DNA from: Podarcis melisellensis | Lineage: Eukaryota | NCBI GenBank assembly: GCA_964234715.1 | Contig: OZ174285.1 | Direction: 5' to 3' (one strand) | Length of the DNA stretch: 64,000 bases | Shown here: positions 13,769 to 25,842 of the stretch, piece after piece | Numbering within the stretch: position 1 is the stretch's first letter | How the letters are laid out: every line of letters starts with the position of its first letter | Notes under the pieces: model-generated | Databases searched by the model: none | What the model saw: the letters and a program-made list of their open reading frames with translations, nothing else | Told to the model about the DNA's origin: nothing | Translations under genes and position numbers: made by a program

Positions 13769-15323
13769 CTATAGAGCAAAGACAAAAAACAAAAGGGAAT
13801 TAGCTTGTCACAGTTAGGCTACTGCCATCAGATCTCATGGCCGAGATATGTGGATTAATCCACCATTTTTAAAAATAGGAACATATAAACATACTCTTGT
13901 TGTGTGTGCTCATCTTTCATATCTCAACCACCGTTATAAGACATATGTGCATAAGCAGCATCATGTTCCCAAGGTAAACCTATTTGGGACATTAGAAGGT
14001 GTACAGAAGGTTCATTCAAGCAAAGCCTGAACACATTCACATGCATTCATAGGCTTTTAAAGCTATTATTTTTAAGAGTTGGCTTAGGTTCACATTCTGG
14101 CCACTTTAAGGTACTTTTCTGTTCTGTTCAGTTGCCCACAATGACCAAGACTTCAATCTACACAGGGCCAGCCCTGCCATTAGGCAAAAGGAGGTAGATG
14201 AGTCAGGCCATGGATACCGAGTTGAAGCATCCTCTGGCCCCCTCCTGCAGTTGTTCCTCCTGATCTTCCCTCCCACTGCCATTCTCATACTTGTGGACTG
14301 GCTCTCTGGTAATGGCAATATTTTGTGCTACTTTTTACTAGTATTGTTTAAAGCACCCTATTTTACTTTGCTTCATCACTGCTCCCATATCTAACATACA
14401 TATTCTATTTCCCTTTATCCGCATAAACTGCATTATCCTGAAGTCACTTGGCTGTCCTTCAGCTTGGCAATTTCTAGCTACATTTTCTACAGGTGTCTTC
14501 AATGACATAAGCACTGTGTTTTTTATAGGCTATGTATTCATCCATTTATGTCTGAAACTTTATTTTTATCCTTTTTTAAAAAATAAATGAATTATCAGTT
14601 TAAATTAGTTAAAAATGCTTTAAATGCATTATTTTTACATGTTTTCAAACATTTGTTAGGATTTGCTACGTTTTGTTGTCTTATTATCAGCTCATGGACA
14701 GAGCAATCCTAACTGGAGCTAACAGTGGACCCACCATTCAAACGCATGCTGGACCACGACAACAAAAGTAGAAGGTTGGGGGACATTTGTTTATTTTCTT
14801 CATATTTCGCTACACCAGCTCCAGGCTGGTGTACCTGAGGGTGCTGAGGATCCAGCCCCTTGAGGGATCTCGATGACTTTGGATCCAGATCTAAACCCAC
14901 TGGTGCCCTGTCACTACTCTGAAACGTGTCTTTTCAGGGTTTTCTATCGGCTACTGCCATTGAGGAAACCACAAATTGTAGCTTTCACCTGAATGGGCAC
15001 TGCTGGTGCCTCCACCACTCCAACTGGTGCCAGTCCTGCCACCAATGAAGGCTTGTGAGAAAGCAACTCCATGCCATTCAACACATCCCCTCAGTAATCC
15101 ATATTGTGGGGGTGTTGGATTACACTGCAACCTTTCTCATAAATATTTAAATATGTTGTTGATATGGGAAGTGTTGTTGCATTTAATATGTTTGATATGT
15201 TGTTGCTCTACTCTTGTCCTGATATGACACACAGTAAACTGTCTTGATATGCCAACATTTATATTTTACTATCTGCTTCTGTTTTCATTATTTGTTTTCT
15301 TCTTGTGTATTCTATGTAAGATT

Positions 15324-15494
15324 CTATATTTTTCTGTCTATAAAACACCCCCATGTATAAGACGCCCCCTATTTTGGGGGGACTCCGATTTAAGAAAATG
15401 GGGGGGGGGAGATCTATCTGTGTATAAGACACCCCCAAATTATGGACATTATTTTTTAGGGGGGAAACCTAGTCTTATACATGGAAAAATATGA
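15324..15494. mobile_element. Tc1/mariner (pogo/Tc2-like) MITE
   Basis: Imperfect TIRs (TATTTTTCTGTCTATAA / TTATACATGGAAAAATA), internal GTATAAGAC repeats; inverted relative at 24114-24246. Confidence 0.65.
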
Positions 15495-16782
15495 TACTTT
15501 GGGCACAGTCTTCTGTGGGGAAAGGAGCGCACAAAGTAAACCGATAATGACTAATTGAAATTATCATGAAAATAAGATGTGTAGTGACTGTGGTGGGGTA
15601 CAGAAATACTAATCTCCCAAGTTTTCGCTAGCCATGATTTCACTTAAGCCTTTTAGTCAAATAATTTTCACACAATTATTTCTGAAGAAATGTTTACTCG
15701 TTTCCACAGTAAAATGTAAGTGCATGTTATGTTTATGCCAACTTTATGAATGGAAAGCTATTCATGAAACTACACCTTTGGCCCTTCATATTTCAGGGTG
15801 GGTGTCTACTAAGCTGTGTGAATCGAATGAGACCTGCTCGTGCAATGGGAGTTTCTTCCTGCACTCCCTAAACCTGTCCTGGAGGGCTCAGGGAACCCCT
15901 ATAACAGGTTTCGGGGGCACACATGGGGAGAAGAGTGAGGAACAAATCTTGTTGTACAAGCAGATTTCATTCCCCATGTGCATGCCCCACTTAAAAGCCC
16001 CTTCAATTTTAGTTCAGTATTATAATAAGTTTCTAATCTTTATTGACACCAGAAAATGTTATGTACATACAGTAACTAATGCACAGCATCCTTATGATAC
16101 ATTAAAATTTTACTATTTTTCCCCTTATATGAATAAAAAGGACTTCAGAAGTTTTCATTTTATTATGTTTCATGTTAATGGTTTCCATATTCTTTACATG
16201 AAGGTTCTGGACTTTCAAGAGAACAGTTCATGCTCAGAAATATGTTTTGCAACTAAAATAAAAATGAATCCCTTTGAATCAATTACAGTTCCTGGCACAT
16301 TTTATACATTGTAACACAATTAAAGGTTTCAGACAACTCTTTTCCAGAAATATTTTCAAAAAGTAGTACTTGTTCTACATTATTTACACAGCAATTACTT
16401 TCCCCCTGATAATTCTGCATCATACACATCCAGCAGCTAAAAATAAAACAAAAATATTCACCAGTTGGTTAGGGATTTGGTGGTCGAAACCACAAATCTG
16501 GAATAAGTAAGCAGCCTAAAACCACAGGTTATAAACCCAGCAGGACTGTCACGGCCTTCTTGCCTCCTATGTTAGATAAACTTCAATACAGTATACTGTG
16601 TAAGAATCTTTCAGAGAAGTACAAAACGTTTCTACCTATTCAATGTGATTATGAGTCACATAACTAAAATGCAGCCTCTTATTTCTGCAGCTGATAACTT
16701 ACACACGTATATTATGGCACCTAGGTGCAATTTATCACTGCTCAAGTTAATTTATCACTGTTCAAAGGCTCATAATTTATTA

Positions 16783-17151
16783 CCGTATATACTCGAGTTT
16801 AAGCCAACTTTTTCAGCACATTTTTTATGCTGAAAAAGCCCCCCTCGGCTGATACTCGAGTGAGGGTCCCACTTACTGTTTGCTGTCACCGCTCATGCCA
16901 CCGCTGCTCTGCAAGCGCGGCTCCTGTGCCTGCCCTTGCTAGCGGCAGAGGCTATTGTTGGTGGAGGAGGAGGAACGAGCAGCCCAAAAGCAGCCCTTTT
17001 GGGCTGCTCCTTCCTCCTCCTCCACCTTTGCCGCTGTCGGCATTTCCCACCCTAGGTTTATACTCAAGTCAATAAGTTTTCCTAGTTTTTTTGTGGTAAA
17101 ATTAGGTGCCTCGGCTTATATTCGGGACGGCTTATACTCGAGTATATACGG
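16783..17151. mobile_element. Tc1/mariner-type MITE, CpG-rich (young)
   Basis: Perfect TIR CCGTATATACTCGAGT / ACTCGAGTATATACGG with TA TSD. Confidence 0.9.
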
Positions 17152-17478
17152 TACATGCTTTTTTTTACAACCATCTAGATGAACAGTAAATCAGAATATA
17201 TATATTAAAATATAATTAATTTGAAGATTCCTTTAAAAATGCAAGGCTGTAAGGAATACTGTACCGCATTAAGCAGCAAAGTAAAACAGTTATCCTCCAG
17301 CTGTTAAGCACCTTTGCCAAAAAACTGATTGAAGTGCACTTCAGCGTACAAAATGGGATTTTTGACTTTTTCTTTGAACAGCCGATCTCTATACATATTA
17401 CTTTTTTAAGGTCCTAGATTTCAACAGCAGTTTGCCATGAAACACTGGATGCTAGTGTTTGAGACACGTGAACCCGAA

Positions 17479-17618
17479 GCTGGGACAGCTCAGCTAGTAG
17501 AGCACAAGACTCTTAATCTCAGGATTGTGGGCTTGAACCCCACGTTGGGCAAAGGATTCCTGAATTGCAAGGGATACACTAGATCACCCTTGTGTTCCCT
17601 TCCAACTCTACAATTCTA
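17479..17618 (+). mobile_element. tRNA-Lys(CTT)-headed SINE with CR1-like tail
   Basis: GCTGGGACAGCTCAGCTAGTAGAGCACAAGACTCTTAATCTCAGGATTGTGGGCTTGAACCCCACGTTGGGC resembles tRNA-Lys-CTT; followed by ...CCCTTCCAACTCTACAATTCTA. Confidence 0.8.
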
Positions 17619-17764
17619 GGGCACAAACAACTAGTTACCTTCCAATTCTAAGATTCTATGACATAGTTATTTAGATTCAGGAAAATCACTTGGTACTCTA
17701 TTAGGTCCACTTGGAGTGGTACATACTTACAAGTGAGTATGTTAGGGATTCCAGCTAAAAGCCA

Positions 17765-18156
17765 GGTTCAGGTGTAATATTGCTGACCCAACAAACTATG
17801 GTCAGTTGAAGAAGGAATGAGTGATGAGCTCAAGTGTTCCCTCCTTCCTTTTCATGTCCAGCTGAGGAGACTTTCTGGTTTGCGAAACAATCATTTCCCC
17901 AAGGCATCCAAACTGACAAACTCTAGTTTAAGCACTGCCTGCAACTAAAACTGTTCTGCAATCTTGGATTGCAGGCAGCGCTTAAACACAATTCCTGGTC
18001 AAGACACCCTGAGCGAACTATGATTTAACAAATCATGAAGTCACTTCTGCAGCCAGGTGTATGAAAGTGGAAGATAAAAAGAGCGTTCAGACTCATTGCT
18101 TTCCGCCCACTCTAACAAACTATAATCTGTTGGACTAGAATCATTATGTATGAACC
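17765..18156. repeat. ~390-bp imperfect palindrome (probable old MITE)
   Basis: Central arms GTTTAAGCACTGCCTGCAA / TTGCAGGCAGCGCTTAAAC (18/19 complementary); outer arms also align (CTTCCTTTTCATG..CAGCTG vs CAGCCAGG..ATGAAAGTGGAAG); ends GGTTCA / TGAACC. Confidence 0.75.
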
Positions 18157-21100
18157 AACCCACAGAGATACAGGACATTTGGCTGTGGTCAAAAGGATTA
18201 TAAATCCTATATACAATCCTATCCCATCCTCAGATGAAATACTTGAAATCACTTTAATTCTGTTGGCTTCAATGCAATTTAAGCTTACTTAAATCCTTTT
18301 ATTTGTACCCAGAAATTATTTTGGATCAGGATGATAATTCCTGTTAATACAGGCAGATATATTCCCTAGTGCTGTAGAAAACTACAGAAGCTAATGCTGA
18401 TAAAAGTGGCATTAAGGCTCCATGCATTTCTTTAATGTTTTGTGAAGAAGAGATAGGCTGTTGTCTACACTTTCTTCCTATTTCCCTCATAACTTTTTCC
18501 TTTCATTTCATAGGGTAGATATGGTTTTACAGGTGTAAAACTAAAATTTCTCACTACTGAATATTCGCATACACGTTCAAACTATGGACCATTACTTTTA
18601 TTTTGGAAGCCTATTATATAGGATGTGGTTTGGAAAATATCATATAAACACTACATATATGCATTGCTTTTGTTAAACCGTTTAAGGTATGACACAAATA
18701 TACCGTATTTGAAAAAGCACACAGACATGGAAATGTTCCAAGCAGTGCTGGTGCCAAGCTATTTTGCACCCCAGGCAAGGCTTACATCACCAAAAAAATA
18801 TTGCTAACTTCAGTTTTCAAAAACTGATGTCATGTAGAAATGATAACATTATTCAAAATATAACTTTCTGATATTTTATTTTTATATTTTGAATAATTTT
18901 ATCATTTTTACACGCCATATGTTTCTGAAAATTGAAGTTAGCCTTTTTTTGTTATATAATCTGTATAAAACTGTGTCCGCAAGGTCAGTACTGCGCTCCT
19001 CTGAGGTCTGTACTCTACTCAGCTGCCTAGTTTTCCTAATGATATCACTCGCCCTGGTTCCAAGGACAATTGTTTGCTAGTGGTATCATTACTACATGCC
19101 AGACTACAATCCTGAAATCAATTAAACCAGGATCCTTGAACCCTGGTTTAGTTCCATTACCTTCTATAAACTATACCACTTGGTTACGTCAATCCTTACA
19201 CCTCTGAAAGCAATACAATTTGCTTTTGAGTAAGTATGTGTAAGACAGAGGAGCACATGCAAAAAATTAAGTGTTTTGTGGACTGCACTGTAATTGAAAT
19301 GTGAGATGAGAAAGATGCAGCCTAGAGTGGACACCATCCTAGATAGGAAAATAGCTCAACAAAATGTTTCCCACTACAAAGAGGTGGAAATTCAAGGAAG
19401 CCTACTCCATGGGGGGGGGGGGAATGCAATTTTACAGTATTTGTTTGAAAGCATTTATGAACCACTGAATATTTTTTAGAATCTCTAATCAGTGTACAAC
19501 ATAAGATCAATAAACAATATCATTAAAACAAAAATATAACATAAAACCAGTAAAAGAACATAAAAGAACCAGTAAAAGCACATAAACAGAGTTTCAGGGA
19601 ATTCAAACAAATAAAAACAGAGCCTGGGTCAGGGAAAGCTTGGCACTATCATTTGATTTATACTAATCTTCTTTAAGCAAAATCAATAATAAACCCAATT
19701 GATTGTTCCTTATAAAGAATGAACACATGCTGGCTAGCCCCAAAACTAAACTTGCAACCATTCTCTCCCCCCCCACCCCAAAAAACCCCTCCCTCTAACC
19801 TTTCATTATAGCCTCTTTAAGATTTCTTTTACTGTATGAATCTGGGGGGGGGGGGGATCTTGTTGGAAAGTCTTAAGATTTAGGAAACGACTGATCAAGA
19901 TTTCAGTTACTTTTCAGAGCAGACCCTTGATTCTGGAATAATTTGTTCCCTGCTGACAATCTTTTAGATGTGTAACCTCCTCCCAGCTTCCTGATTATTA
20001 ATGGCTCTCTTGGAGACACCATGTCTACTGAACAGCTTCAATTAAATGAAGCCAAAGCATCTTTTTTACTCCAGCCAGGCAGCTTTAAGCTCAAACTTCT
20101 GCACTCTGCCACTAGATATGTAACATCATTCACTTTTACACATACATGAGGGTTTTAGAACCTCTGATAAAACATAAAAATATGAGATAGGCATACATGC
20201 TGGAATCAATAGCTTTTGGGGGGGGGACACTCTTTGCTCCTTTCCTGTAAAAGAAATAAAAATGAGTACTGTACTACAAAAAATTAGGGGGGTGGGATGT
20301 AGACTACATAAATGCCAATTGTTTCCCAGCTCTAAGAGTAGATTCCACCTGTGGAAACTATGCTAATAGACAAATAAACAAGTGATCTGCTTGACTTATG
20401 TAAAGAATGTGCTTGTTTTATGCATTTTCCTTATTTATACTGAAACTGCATATCCAGAAAGACTGACAACAGTTTCTGTAGCCAGAATTGCTAGCATACA
20501 TAGTCATAAAATTATTATAAATGTCTTGGCTATTTACTCTGAACACTATCTAAGCTACAAGCATTATTCATGATGTAATATAAACCCAACTTCACAATTT
20601 GCTGAATTCTACTATATTCCAAAAGGCATTCCAAGATTATCTGAGTACATAAATATATGTTTGCCTTGATTTCAGAGTAGGTCTGTAAAACTGAATTTTA
20701 CAGTATTTTTATTATGTCCCCAGTATTTAGAATGCTATTTAAACGCTGACCACAATGTTCCATTTTTTAAAAAAGCATACCATTCAAATCCTAAACTCAT
20801 TATTTGGAAGTAACTGAAACAGTTCTGCTCAAGTATTTAGGAGTCAAGCACATCTCTAAATGGGTTTATAAATAAATTTCATTCAGATTAATTGAAGACT
20901 GAATGTAAGGTGGCCCAGTCCCATTCAGTGTAAAGAAGTAGCTCCTATTGGCTTCAGTAGAATTTGCATCATACAATTCATAACATGGATACAAATTGTA
21001 TTAATTTTAGTTAACACTACTTCTAAGCAGCGTGCACTTAGAAACTAAACAGATGTACATCTAACTCCAATGCACCACTGTATAAGTCTGTTCCACTGAA

Positions 21101-21944
21101 ATCAGTCTGCTTACCTGATGTATAAAGACTGCTTTTCGCAATGTGAATATTTGTTTCAAAATAATAATAATAAATTGGTAAAGTGTAAATGGTGCAATTA
21201 GCCTTTTAGCTACAGCTATACAGATCAGAAAGATGTGCAATTTATCTGCTCCCTGGTCCATTTACAAGAAACTGGAATTTACACATGTAATACACTGCTC
21301 AGGACAGATATTAGTATTTCCCTTTTTAAAAAAAGAAAGAAAGGGAGAAACCGCTCATTTCCAAGGAAATAGAAATGGGGGAACCTACATTTCAAAGCAA
21401 ACAAAGTGATACAAAGGAAGAGATCAGCAATCTGTATGAATAATCAGTTATAAAGAGAAAACTGCAACATAGGCCACATTCTGATTTACTGCACTTATCA
21501 AGAGAAAATTCTAATACCGTAGTCCGAACTTGCTGTTAGATGTAGAGAAATCCAAGAATCTTGAAACCAGGAGATTTTAATTGAGGTTCCTTATGGTGCA
21601 TGTGAAACTACTACTGTGACTTTGACATAAGTAACAGAACAAGTCTGATATTTTGAGAAGATCTGTCATGAAGGGCAACAAAGAGTCGGAGACATGAGGA
21701 ACTGCTTCTTCCCTACATTTTTGACCACAGAATTAACGCTTGAAACTAGAAGGAGCTGTTCTGTTTACTTCAGTAGGCTTTTTGAACAGGCTCCTAATCA
21801 GCAAGAGGAAAAGGTAGAAGATTGTCACAATATATTGGATAGACAATAAAACAGGGGCAACTTTTATTGCAGGGGGAATTTATTCTGTAAATTAAGAAAT
21901 AAGTTGCAGTAAAAGCATTTGAATGGGGTACATGGTGCATTTTA

Positions 21945-22158
21945 AGGCTGCGATCCTACACACACACTTTCCTAGGGATAAGTTCCCATTAAACTAATGA
22001 GACTCACTTTTGAATAGACATGTGCAGAATTGCACTGCAAAAGTCTCATGCAAGAATTTACACTTACAGCACAGTTCTATTCATATCTACTCAAAAGTAA
22101 GTCCCACTGAGATCAATGGAGCTTACTCCCAAGTAAGTGGGTATAGAATTGCAGGCTT
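21945..22158. mobile_element. Two adjacent ~90-bp palindromic MITEs (TAA/TTA flanks, Harbinger-like)
   Basis: GGCTGC.ATCCTA...GTAAG.CCCA.TGA...ACTTACT...GGATTGC consensus. Further copies at ~670-762, 7950-8040, 22935-23070, 29680-29800, 31928-32165, 32883-32968, 33687-33750, 43055-43222, 54605-54680, 55075-55150. Confidence 0.7.
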
Positions 22159-22632
22159 GACTAAAGCCATGAGCCACCATATATTTAATTCAAGAGTAAT
22201 TCTGTTGGTGTGAATTGGCATTACTGACATAAAGAAATGGGGATTTTGATTGAAGATCACTTGGTGGTGGTGCGGAGTATCCAAAAATGTTTAAAAGGAA
22301 TTCACATTATTCTTCCTTAAATCCCCACATTGTGTCAATAGGAGAATAAAAAAGAGAGAGAAAATTTATCATTTCCTGGGGGAACTGTTAACAAAGGTTT
22401 CTTACATGATCCTCTTAGGAAGAATCAGTTGTAAACAAACAAACAAAAACCCAAATACATTAGGGTTGTCAGTGAATTAGAGGTTTTTAGTCGATTAACT
22501 GTCGTGTTTTTTTACCAATTAATCAATTAATTAACTGGATGCGGTAAACATTACACTTCCTCAACAGAGATCATAGCAGTTGATGACAATAACATTTTTT
22601 CTTGATACGCACAATGATTCCGAGTATGATTA

Positions 22633-22932
22633 AAAAGGTAAAGGTACCCCTGCCCATACGGGCCAGTCTTGACAGACTCTAGGGTTGTGCGCTCATCTCA
22701 CTCTATAGGCCGGGAGCCAGCGCTGTCCGCAGACACTTCCGGGTCAAGTGGCCAGCGTTACAAGCTGCATCTGGCGAGCCAGCGCAGCACACGGAACGCC
22801 GTTTACCTTCCCGCTGGTAAGCGGTCCCTATTTATCTACTTGCACCCGGAGGTGCTTTCGAACTGCTAGGTTGGCAGGCGCTGGGACCGAATGACGGGAG
22901 CGCACCCCACTGCGGGGATTCGAACCGCCGAC
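22633..22932 (-). mobile_element. Sauria SINE, 5'-truncated, CpG-intact (young)
   Basis: (ACCTTT)n tail seen as AAAGGTAAAGGT; diagnostic body CTATTTATCTACTTGCAC...GCTTTCGAACTGCTAGGTTGGCAG; B-box GGATTCGAACC. Confidence 0.9.
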
Positions 22933-23154
22933 TCAGCAGTAATTCCCATGGAGTTCAGCAGGCTTTACTTCCAATAAAGTGTGCTTAGGACTGCTGCAAT
23001 CCACCGAACCCAAGTCTCACTGAACTCAGTGGAAGTTACTTCTGAGTAAACATACAAACTTTTGTGCTACAATAACAGACTTTACTGCTTGGAAAAGCAG
23101 CATAACAACTACGCCAGAATAAAAAGCAATAGGTGGATTGGACCCCACATAATA

Positions 23155-23320
23155 TGAGTCAGACCCATTGGTCCATCTAGCTCAGTGCTGCTTGCACCAA
23201 CTGCCAGTAGCTCTCCAGGGCTTCAGGACGGTTCTCTTCCAGCCTTACCTAGAGATACTGGGAATTGAATTGAGACCTTCTGCATACAAGGCAGATGCTC
23301 TCCACAGAGCTTCCCATCTG
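23155..23320 (-). mobile_element. tRNA(Ala)-like-headed SINE
   Basis: Same family as 535-665, with tail GAGCTAGATGGACCAATGGGTCTGACTCA. Confidence 0.65.
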
Positions 23321-24113
23321 CAAGTTTATACAATAAGAATATCTATATATCACGCCATCAACACTGTAGAAGTCATTATTGTTGGCCAGTGCTTTTTATT
23401 TAAAAAAAAACCCAACAACACTAGAAGTCACTGAATTGGCTACTAATAAAATATGTTAACTTCTCTTATCCATTAATAGTTTAATCTCTTCCGTCTTAAA
23501 ATGTGCATGGTTATCTCTACCGTCCCAATTTTACAAACAAGGAATGCCTTGTGTTATCTGTTATTTAACTGTTCGAACATACCTGCACAAATAAATAGCG
23601 GTATAATTGTCTCAAATCCAACAGTTAATTTTCAACAGTACATAAACACCACCATCATACAATAAAAATAAAAACACCTAATGAAAATACAGGGGCAGAC
23701 TTTGGTCTTAATTTTCAGCAGCTCCCTGTGCGAGGCCAAAATTAGGCACCCTCCCCAACGACCTTTTGCCTTCTGTTCTGAATGTGCACTACATCATAGC
23801 TGAGATGCCCTTCAGTCACCCCTCAGTTCAGTGTGGGGAAACCAGCACCCAATCTGCCTTTGGAAAATACTTGTGATACTGCTATGCAACGAACCGACCA
23901 TTCACTAAATCTTAAAGAGTTTGGCATCTAAGGATGCGTCATACTAAAGTCACCTAATCTATGGCAACATACACAATCAAGCATTTTCACATACTACACA
24001 ATTTTTTTTAAAGGCATTTCTGAGTTTCATGTGTGCCATGTTCGAATGTCGCCCGTGTAAGAAAGAAAGCAAAAGCAAACACACATTTTTACTCAGTGTG
24101 TATTTTATATTTA

Positions 24114-24246
24114 CCATACTTTTCCATGTGTAAGACTAGGGTTTTTTACTTTAAAATAAGATTAAAAATCTGGATAGTGCATGTGTCCATTTTTTAAATT
24201 TGGGGTCCCCAAAAGTAGGGGGCATCTTATACACGGGAAAATATGG
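24114..24246. mobile_element. Tc1/mariner (pogo/Tc2-like) MITE
   Basis: TA|CCATACTTTTCCATGTGTAAGA ... TCTTATACACGGGAAAATATGG|TA. Confidence 0.75.
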
Positions 24247-24802
24247 TATATTACGTATTAATTTAAGCATATACAATTTAGTCTCATCTACGAAGTTTAA
24301 GTGAATTTTATGGGGAAATATCTACCTTTTTAATAGACACTGGCACATAACTGCTCGACACTAAAGGGTTGGTTGAAATCTATATATTTACTTCATTTCT
24401 AACTCACACAAACCTTGAGCAAAAGATGGTCAAGCTTTTTCATCATAAAAAAGCCAGGAATTCTTAAAACTACATAAAATATGAAGCTAAAACTACACAA
24501 GATATACAAATAATACAATGTCACATCTTGGGCTACGAACATTCCTACTTTTAATAAAACAGGGAACACAACTTTTTGGAAACATTCAGGGTCAGGCGTC
24601 TGAGGCAAGAGGGCTTCTGAAACAAAATGAAACCTTCAATCATGCCTCCCAAAACAACCTTGCTATTTTTATGTAAGGCATCAATAGGAGCAGATAATCA
24701 GCCATTCCTCCTTTAGTTTTCACAAGTATGCATTTTTGTAAGACAAAACTGCATGGGAACCGTGTTAGACAAGAAGTGTCTGCTCTTGACATAGCCATAG
24801 AG

Positions 24803-24938
24803 CAGGCATAGGCAAACTCGGCCCTCCAGATGCTTTGGGACGACAATTCCCATAATCCCTGACCACTGGCCCTGTTAGCTAGGGATGATGGGAGTTGTAG
24901 TCCCAAAACATCTGGAGGGCCGAGTTTGCCTCTGCCCG
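24803..24938. mobile_element. Palindromic hAT (Charlie-like) MITE
   Basis: Arms GGCAAACTCGGCCCTCCAGATG / CATCTGGAGGGCCGAGTTTGCC; 8-bp TSD CCATAGAG / CTATAGAG. Confidence 0.9.
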
Positions 24939-24946
24939 CTATAGAG

Positions 24947-25080
24947 TAAGGATGGAGAACCTCCCCCCAGATAGTACTGGATTTCTACTCCAATCATCCC
25001 TCACCATTGGCCATCCTGGCTGGGCTGCTGTGAGTTGGAGTTCAATAGTATCTGGAGGGCCCATAGGTTCCCCATGCCAG
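24947..25080. mobile_element. Older related palindromic hAT MITE abutting the previous one
   Basis: GGATGGAGAACCT...CCAGAT / ATCTGGAGGGCCCATAGGTTCCCCATGCC; similar copy at ~3312-3447. Confidence 0.7.
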
Positions 25081-25732
25081 ATTTAGACCTTCTCACTTGA
25101 GCTGTTTCTTTCTTGGTGACCTGTCTTCCTACAGTTTTTCAGCTGATCTGCCCCTGTGTCTGTTCTTTCTTTTTCAAAACAAGCTAACAAAAAAACCAAT
25201 ATATGAAATGCAACCACTCGTTTCAAGTATCATCTAGCTCTGCCCGAATTGGGCAATCTGATTTTCACTAGCTGAACTTTAACACGATACTAAACATAAA
25301 TACAATACTAAAAGGTGAAAGCAAAGAAGTGAAAGCCATAAAAAATGAAAACAAGAAAACAGTGTTCCAGGTTCCTCTTGATAATGTGTCATGTTATGTT
25401 GCTCAAAAGAAATTTGAATACATCTTTAAAAAGTAAGAAATGCATAGGTAGCCTTAGGTCCAGGATACTGTAAATCTTTGACCTACGGTCACTAATGTAT
25501 TCTTTTGTGCATTTTCCCCTTGTTGATAGCTTGCATATTCCTTTAGCCTGGATAATTTTGCTAAACTGTGTTGATGAAGAAGTTGCCATTCACTAGTCAC
25601 AGAAAGCAAATACCTAGCACTTCATATTCATGAAACGGACAACTTGTTAATTGAGAATATATTCTGGCTTGTTTGCAAGGCAGCTGACTGATGTTGCAAT
25701 CAAAAAGTGTTACTCCAGTGCATTTTCTTGTC

Positions 25733-25842
25733 ATAGAATTGTAGAGTTGGAAGGAATCCTGAGCATTATCTAGTCTGACCCCCTGCAATGCAGGAATATG
25801 CAGCTGTCCCATACGGGGATCAAACCTGTAACCTTGGTGTCA
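25733..25842 (-). mobile_element. tRNA-Ile-headed SINE with CR1-like tail, 5'-truncated
   Basis: Matches 40140-40293; tail reads TCATAGAATTGTAGAGTTGGAAGG on the plus strand. Confidence 0.8.

Noticed and set aside
17479-17550. tRNA-Lys(CTT) gene
   Set aside because: Degenerate acceptor and T stems, broken B box (GGCTTGAACC), and fused to a CR1-like tail, so a SINE.
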